Positions 38,802-42,176 of a stretch of DNA of 42,176 nt are shown piece after piece. Positions within the stretch are counted from its first letter, which is position 1, and every line of letters begins with the position of its first letter. Location of the stretch: contig CAMDCQ010000001.1 in assembly GCA_945890595.1 (NCBI GenBank), forward strand, positions 1-42,176. Direction: 5' to 3'. Position numbers and translations under genes: made by a program. The stretch comes from Chitinophaga pinensis (GTDB taxonomy: Bacteria > Bacteroidota > Bacteroidia > NS11-12g > UBA9320). The notes under the pieces are model-generated. The model ran no database searches. It was not told the origin of the DNA and was given only the letters and a program-made list of their open reading frames with translations.

Positions 38802-39230
38802 ATAAAAATAAGTACATGGTCAGTACTTATAAGTGTTGTTTTTTCCTCGTGTTGTGATGATTGTGCGGATTACCCATCTACACCCATATTGCAATTAGAT
38901 ACCTCGCTGCAAAGGGGATTTAGTTCTTCTGAAATAGGAAATCTATTCTTAGTTACACATCGAACTAATGCTGCAAAAGATACTCAACCGCTCTATATGA
39001 CCTCAATATGGTATGGCACAATAGGTGCTTGGCAACTTAACCTTAACGAAAGTTCAACTAATTCTCAATACGAAGTAATATGGGATGATTCTGTCATTGC
39101 CCTTCTCGAAGAGCCCTTGTTCATTAATACAACAGGGAAAGGAATATGTTCTTGTGATGAGACAGAACTAAGCTCTGTTCACCTTAATGGAGTGCTTAAA
39201 AGCAGGGATGAACTTCCCGTACTCATTTAG
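38802..39230 (+). CDS. Hypothetical Cys-rich putative lipoprotein (start uncertain; possibly degenerate)
   Basis: The frame of the ORF-track 38889-39230 extends upstream to IKISTWSVLISVVFSS-CCDDC, a lipobox-like signal; no canonical start before it. Confidence 0.5.
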   Translation: MKISTWSVLISVVFSSCCDDCADYPSTPILQLDTSLQRGFSSSEIGNLFLVTHRTNAAKDTQPLYMTSIWYGTIGAWQLNLNESSTNSQYEVIWDDSVIALLEEPLFINTTGKGICSCDETELSSVHLNGVLKSRDELPVLI

Positions 39231-39296
39231 AAAAAGTAGATATTTTACCAATAAGATGTTAATTTTTTGCTGAAGTAAACGAAACTTAAACTTAAT

Positions 39297-39304
39297 TACT
39301 TTTG
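39297..39304 (+). promoter_or_regulatory. -7 promoter element for ferredoxin-GNAT
   Basis: TACTTTTG, 5 nt before GTG 39310. Confidence 0.65.
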
Positions 39305-39309
39305 CACCA

Positions 39310-39642
39310 GTGGAAAATATGATAACCATACACGTCACAGATTTAGACGGGGTAACGCACAGCATCTTAGCTCCTACCGACATGGGATTCAATGTAATGG
39401 AGGCTATACGAGCAAATGAATTGCCTATCAAGGCTACGTGTGGCGGAATGGCCATGTGCGCTACTTGCAATTGCACGGTAAAAAGCGATCACCATTTGCC
39501 CGAAATGAGCGAGGATGAAGAAGCTATGTTAGACGAAGCATTTGTGTTGGATATACCAGGCAGCAGGTTAATGTGTCAAATCTTCGTTTCAGAAGCTATT
39601 GACGGACTCGAAATCCAAATGGGTGAATTGACAGGAGAATAA
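39310..39642 (+). CDS. 2Fe-2S ferredoxin (adrenodoxin/ISC type)
   Basis: CGGMAMCATC…EEAMLD…SRLMCQ; start GTG 39310 or ATG 39319. Confidence 0.93.
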   Translation: MENMITIHVTDLDGVTHSILAPTDMGFNVMEAIRANELPIKATCGGMAMCATCNCTVKSDHHLPEMSEDEEAMLDEAFVLDIPGSRLMCQIFVSEAIDGLEIQMGELTGE

Positions 39643-39646
39643 TACC

Positions 39647-40141
39647 ATGCAAACGGTTCAAATTAGAGAAGCTTTGGTTGAAGATATTCAGCAAATTCTG
39701 GACATTTACAATCATTACATTCAACATACCGTAATCACTTTTGATGTAGAGGCTTATTCTTTTGAGCAAATGTCAAACAAGATATCACTGCTTCAAAAAG
39801 ATTACCCAGTACTTGTGGCACACCAAGATGACCATATCGTGGGATATGCGTACGCTTCCGCATGGAAAACGAAAACGGCCTATAAGCACAGCGCAGAGAC
39901 TACTATATATATACACCCCAATTATCACGGAAAAGGAATTGGCTTGCGACTCTATAATGCATTATTGACATCCTTACCTCTTTTTGAAATTGTGAATGCA
40001 ATAGCATGTATTACTATACCCAATGACGGCAGCATCCGATTACATGAAAAACTAGGTTTTTTCAAGATAGGGAAGTTTGACAAAGTAGGATTTAAACATG
40101 CGCAATGGATTGACGTTGAATATTGGCAAAAACAAGTTTAA
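39647..40141 (+). CDS. GNAT N-acetyltransferase, phosphinothricin/methionine-sulfoximine acetyltransferase family
   Basis: IYNHYI…ITFD, VGYAYA, AYKHSAETTIY, GKGIG, PNDGSIRLHEKLGF, VGFK. Confidence 0.9.
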   Translation: MQTVQIREALVEDIQQILDIYNHYIQHTVITFDVEAYSFEQMSNKISLLQKDYPVLVAHQDDHIVGYAYASAWKTKTAYKHSAETTIYIHPNYHGKGIGLRLYNALLTSLPLFEIVNAIACITIPNDGSIRLHEKLGFFKIGKFDKVGFKHAQWIDVEYWQKQV

Positions 40142-40229
40142 AATAACCTACCGAATCGAGCTTAAAAATTCATTTTTAAGAAACTTTCATATTTTCTTTT
40201 GAAATATTTGAAAAATAAGTACAAAAAGG

Positions 40230-40237
40230 TACATTTG
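40230..40237 (+). promoter_or_regulatory. Promoter for rplM-rpsI-rpsB-tsf
   Basis: TACATTTG -7 element with TTTG (-33-like) at 40207-40210. Confidence 0.8.
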
Positions 40238-40271
40238 CAGCCCGAAATTTTCGAGGTAATAACATAATAAA

Positions 40272-40715
40272 GTGGATACATTATCATACAAAACCATCTC
40301 AGCTAACGCTAAAACTGTAGACAAACAGTGGGTTGTAGTTGACGCAGAAGGAAAAACATTAGGTCGTTTTTGTTCTGAAGTAGCAAAAGTACTTAGAGGC
40401 AAAAACAAGACTAGTTTCACACCACACGTAGATTGTGGCGACAATGTAATTGTTCTAAACGCAGAGAAAATTACCATGACTGGTAATAAATTGAACGTTA
40501 AAGAATATCAAAACTTCAGTGGATACCCTGGGGGTCGTCGTGTTGAAATAGCTAAAGATTTATTAGCTAGAAAACCAAAAGACCTTATTGAAAGAGGTGT
40601 TCGTGGCATGTTGCCTAAGAACAGACTTGGACGAAAATTATTTACAAACATGCATGTGTTTGTAGGTACTGAGCATCCTCATGAGGCTCAAAAACCAACC
40701 AAATTAGACATTTAA
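40272..40715 (+). CDS. rplM: 50S ribosomal protein L13
   Basis: WVVVDA, LRGKNK…FTPHVDCGD, RGMLPKNRLGR, HPHEAQKP; GTG start. Confidence 0.99.
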   Translation: MDTLSYKTISANAKTVDKQWVVVDAEGKTLGRFCSEVAKVLRGKNKTSFTPHVDCGDNVIVLNAEKITMTGNKLNVKEYQNFSGYPGGRRVEIAKDLLARKPKDLIERGVRGMLPKNRLGRKLFTNMHVFVGTEHPHEAQKPTKLDI

Positions 40716-40719
40716 TTAT

Positions 40720-41106
40720 ATGGACGTTATAAATACAATTGGGAGAAGAAAAGCATCAGTAGCTCGTGTATACATGAGTGAAGGTAAAGGTACTATTACG
40801 GTGAATAACAGACCGTTAGAAAAGTACTTTGCTTCTCCAGAGTCATGGTACTATGTTAATTTACCGTTGCAAACTTGCAACATGGAAGGTAAATATGACA
40901 TAAAGGTAAACGTAGATGGTGGTGGAACTACCGGCCAAGCAGATGCTATCAAACTTGCTATCGCAAGAGCTTTAGTAAAAGCTGATGCCGATTTGAAACC
41001 AGCATTAAAAGCAAAAGGTTTAATGACAAGAGATTCTCGTTCTGTTGAGCGTAAGAAACCAGGTCAACCAAAAGCAAGAAAGAAAACACAATTCAGTAAA
41101 CGTTAA
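40720..41106 (+). CDS. rpsI: 30S ribosomal protein S9
   Basis: GRRKASVARV, GGGTTGQA, TRDSRSVERKKPG…QFSKR. Confidence 0.99.
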   Translation: MDVINTIGRRKASVARVYMSEGKGTITVNNRPLEKYFASPESWYYVNLPLQTCNMEGKYDIKVNVDGGGTTGQADAIKLAIARALVKADADLKPALKAKGLMTRDSRSVERKKPGQPKARKKTQFSKR

Positions 41107-41110
41107 GACC

Positions 41111-41878
41111 ATGGCAGTAAGTACAGAAAAATTATTAGAAGCAGGTGTACACTTTGGTCACCTTACCAGCAAATGGAATCCAAAAATGGCTCCCTATATT
41201 TTTATGGAGCAAAATGGTATTCACATTATTGATCTTAACAAAACTTCAGCTAAGTTAGAAGAAGCTAAACAAGCCATTGCTAATATCGCCAAAACAGGAC
41301 GAAAAGTAATGTATGTAGCTACTAAAAAACAAGCTAAAGAAATATTGGAAGAGAACGCAAAAAGAGTAAACATGCCTTTCGTAAGCCAAAGATGGTTGGG
41401 TGGTATGTTAACTAACTTTGCTACCGTGCGTAAGTCTATCAAGAAAATGCAATCTATCGAAAAAATGAAAAGCGATGGAACTTTCCAAAACATGAATAAG
41501 AAAGAGCGTTTGATGAAATCTCGTGACCAAGAAAAATTGGAACGTGTATTAGGCGGTATCGAAGACTTGAACAGAATTCCTTCTGCACTTTTCATTGTAG
41601 ATATCAAAAGAGAGCATATTGCAGTTAAAGAAGCTCAAAAGCTAAATATTCCAATATTTGCTATTGTAGATACCAATTCTGATCCTACTAAAGTGGATTT
41701 CCCAATCCCAGGAAACGATGACTCTGCAAAATCACTTCACATCCTTATCACTGAAATTACCGATGCTATCGCTTCTGGTTTGGCTGAGAGAAACCAAGCT
41801 AAAGAACAGGCTCAAAAAGACGGTGAAGTAGATGCTGCGGGTATAGAAGCGTCTAAAGCTGAAAAAGAAGAAGCATAG
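41111..41878 (+). CDS. rpsB: 30S ribosomal protein S2
   Basis: LLEAGVHFGH, WNPKM, RWLGGMLTN, DTNSDP, PGNDD; start corrected to ATG 41111. Confidence 0.99.
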   Translation: MAVSTEKLLEAGVHFGHLTSKWNPKMAPYIFMEQNGIHIIDLNKTSAKLEEAKQAIANIAKTGRKVMYVATKKQAKEILEENAKRVNMPFVSQRWLGGMLTNFATVRKSIKKMQSIEKMKSDGTFQNMNKKERLMKSRDQEKLERVLGGIEDLNRIPSALFIVDIKREHIAVKEAQKLNIPIFAIVDTNSDPTKVDFPIPGNDDSAKSLHILITEITDAIASGLAERNQAKEQAQKDGEVDAAGIEASKAEKEEA

Positions 41879-41924
41879 TCCAACAGACTTTTTATTTTAA
41901 AACAACACACTCAATAATAGAATA

Positions 41925-42176
41925 ATGACAACTATTACAGCGTCTGTAGTTAACAAACTTAGACAAATGACAGGAGCCGGTATGATGGATTGCAAAAAAG
42001 CTTTGCAAGAAGCAGAAGGCGACATCGATGCTGCTATCGATATACTTAGAAAAAGTGGAGCTGCTAAAGCTGCAAAAAGAGCGGATAGAGACGCTGCAGA
42101 AGGCCTTTCTATCGCTAAATCTTCTGCTGACAATACCTATGGTATTGTTGTGGAGGTAAATTGTGAAACTGACTTC
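41925..42176 (+). CDS. tsf: Elongation factor Ts (truncated by window)
   Basis: Manual translation: [27 protein letters not shown]…AAEG…EVNCETDF. Confidence 0.98.
   Translation, partial: MTTITASVVNKLRQMTGAGMMDCKKALQEAEGDIDAAIDILRKSGAAKAAKRADRDAAEGLSIAKSSADNTYGIVVEVNCETDF

Noticed and set aside
41045..41110. Extended rpsB start overlapping rpsI
   Set aside because: Conserved S2 sequence begins at ATG 41111; the extension is an alternate frame of rpsI
1..42176. CRISPR arrays, IS elements or integrases, prophage, defence genes, tRNA or rRNA
   Set aside because: No regularly spaced repeats, transposase/integrase motifs or cloverleaf-like sequences seen by eye; nearly all of the sequence is explained by core genes

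Overview
AT-rich, gene-dense core-chromosome segment of a Bacteroidota bacterium. The assignment rests on TAnnTTTG -7 promoter elements, no obvious Shine-Dalgarno sites, SusC/SusD, T9SS PorZ and DUF4290-murA/porZ-recO synteny. The window runs from the str operon (rpsL-rpsG-fusA, partial) to rplM-rpsI-rpsB-tsf (partial). It holds about 40 CDS and the SRP RNA gene, which the ORF track does not show. The CDS cover DNA repair (recO, uvrA, recR), envelope (uppP, class A PBP, murA, murQ, GT2), lipA, transaldolase, leuS, grpE-dnaJ, a polyamine pair (arginine decarboxylase + deoxyhypusine-synthase-like), orphan amino-acid catabolic genes and a four-gene CAZyme-free SusCD locus of BT2261-BT2264 type. 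I saw no mobile element, prophage, CRISPR array, tRNA or rRNA, and I cannot support a clearly new multi-gene system. The best leads are: (1) uvrA has no ATG/GTG/TTG upstream of its conserved N-terminus and may start at ACG or ATC; (2) a sigma54-type -24/-12 motif is superimposed on the housekeeping -7 element, with a palindrome just upstream, at grpE-dnaJ; (3) the speA-DHS pair lacks agmatinase; (4) an orphan Cys-rich lipoprotein also lacks a canonical start; (5) a leader with alternative pairings precedes DUF3098-uppP. All family calls come from motif recognition, not database searches.
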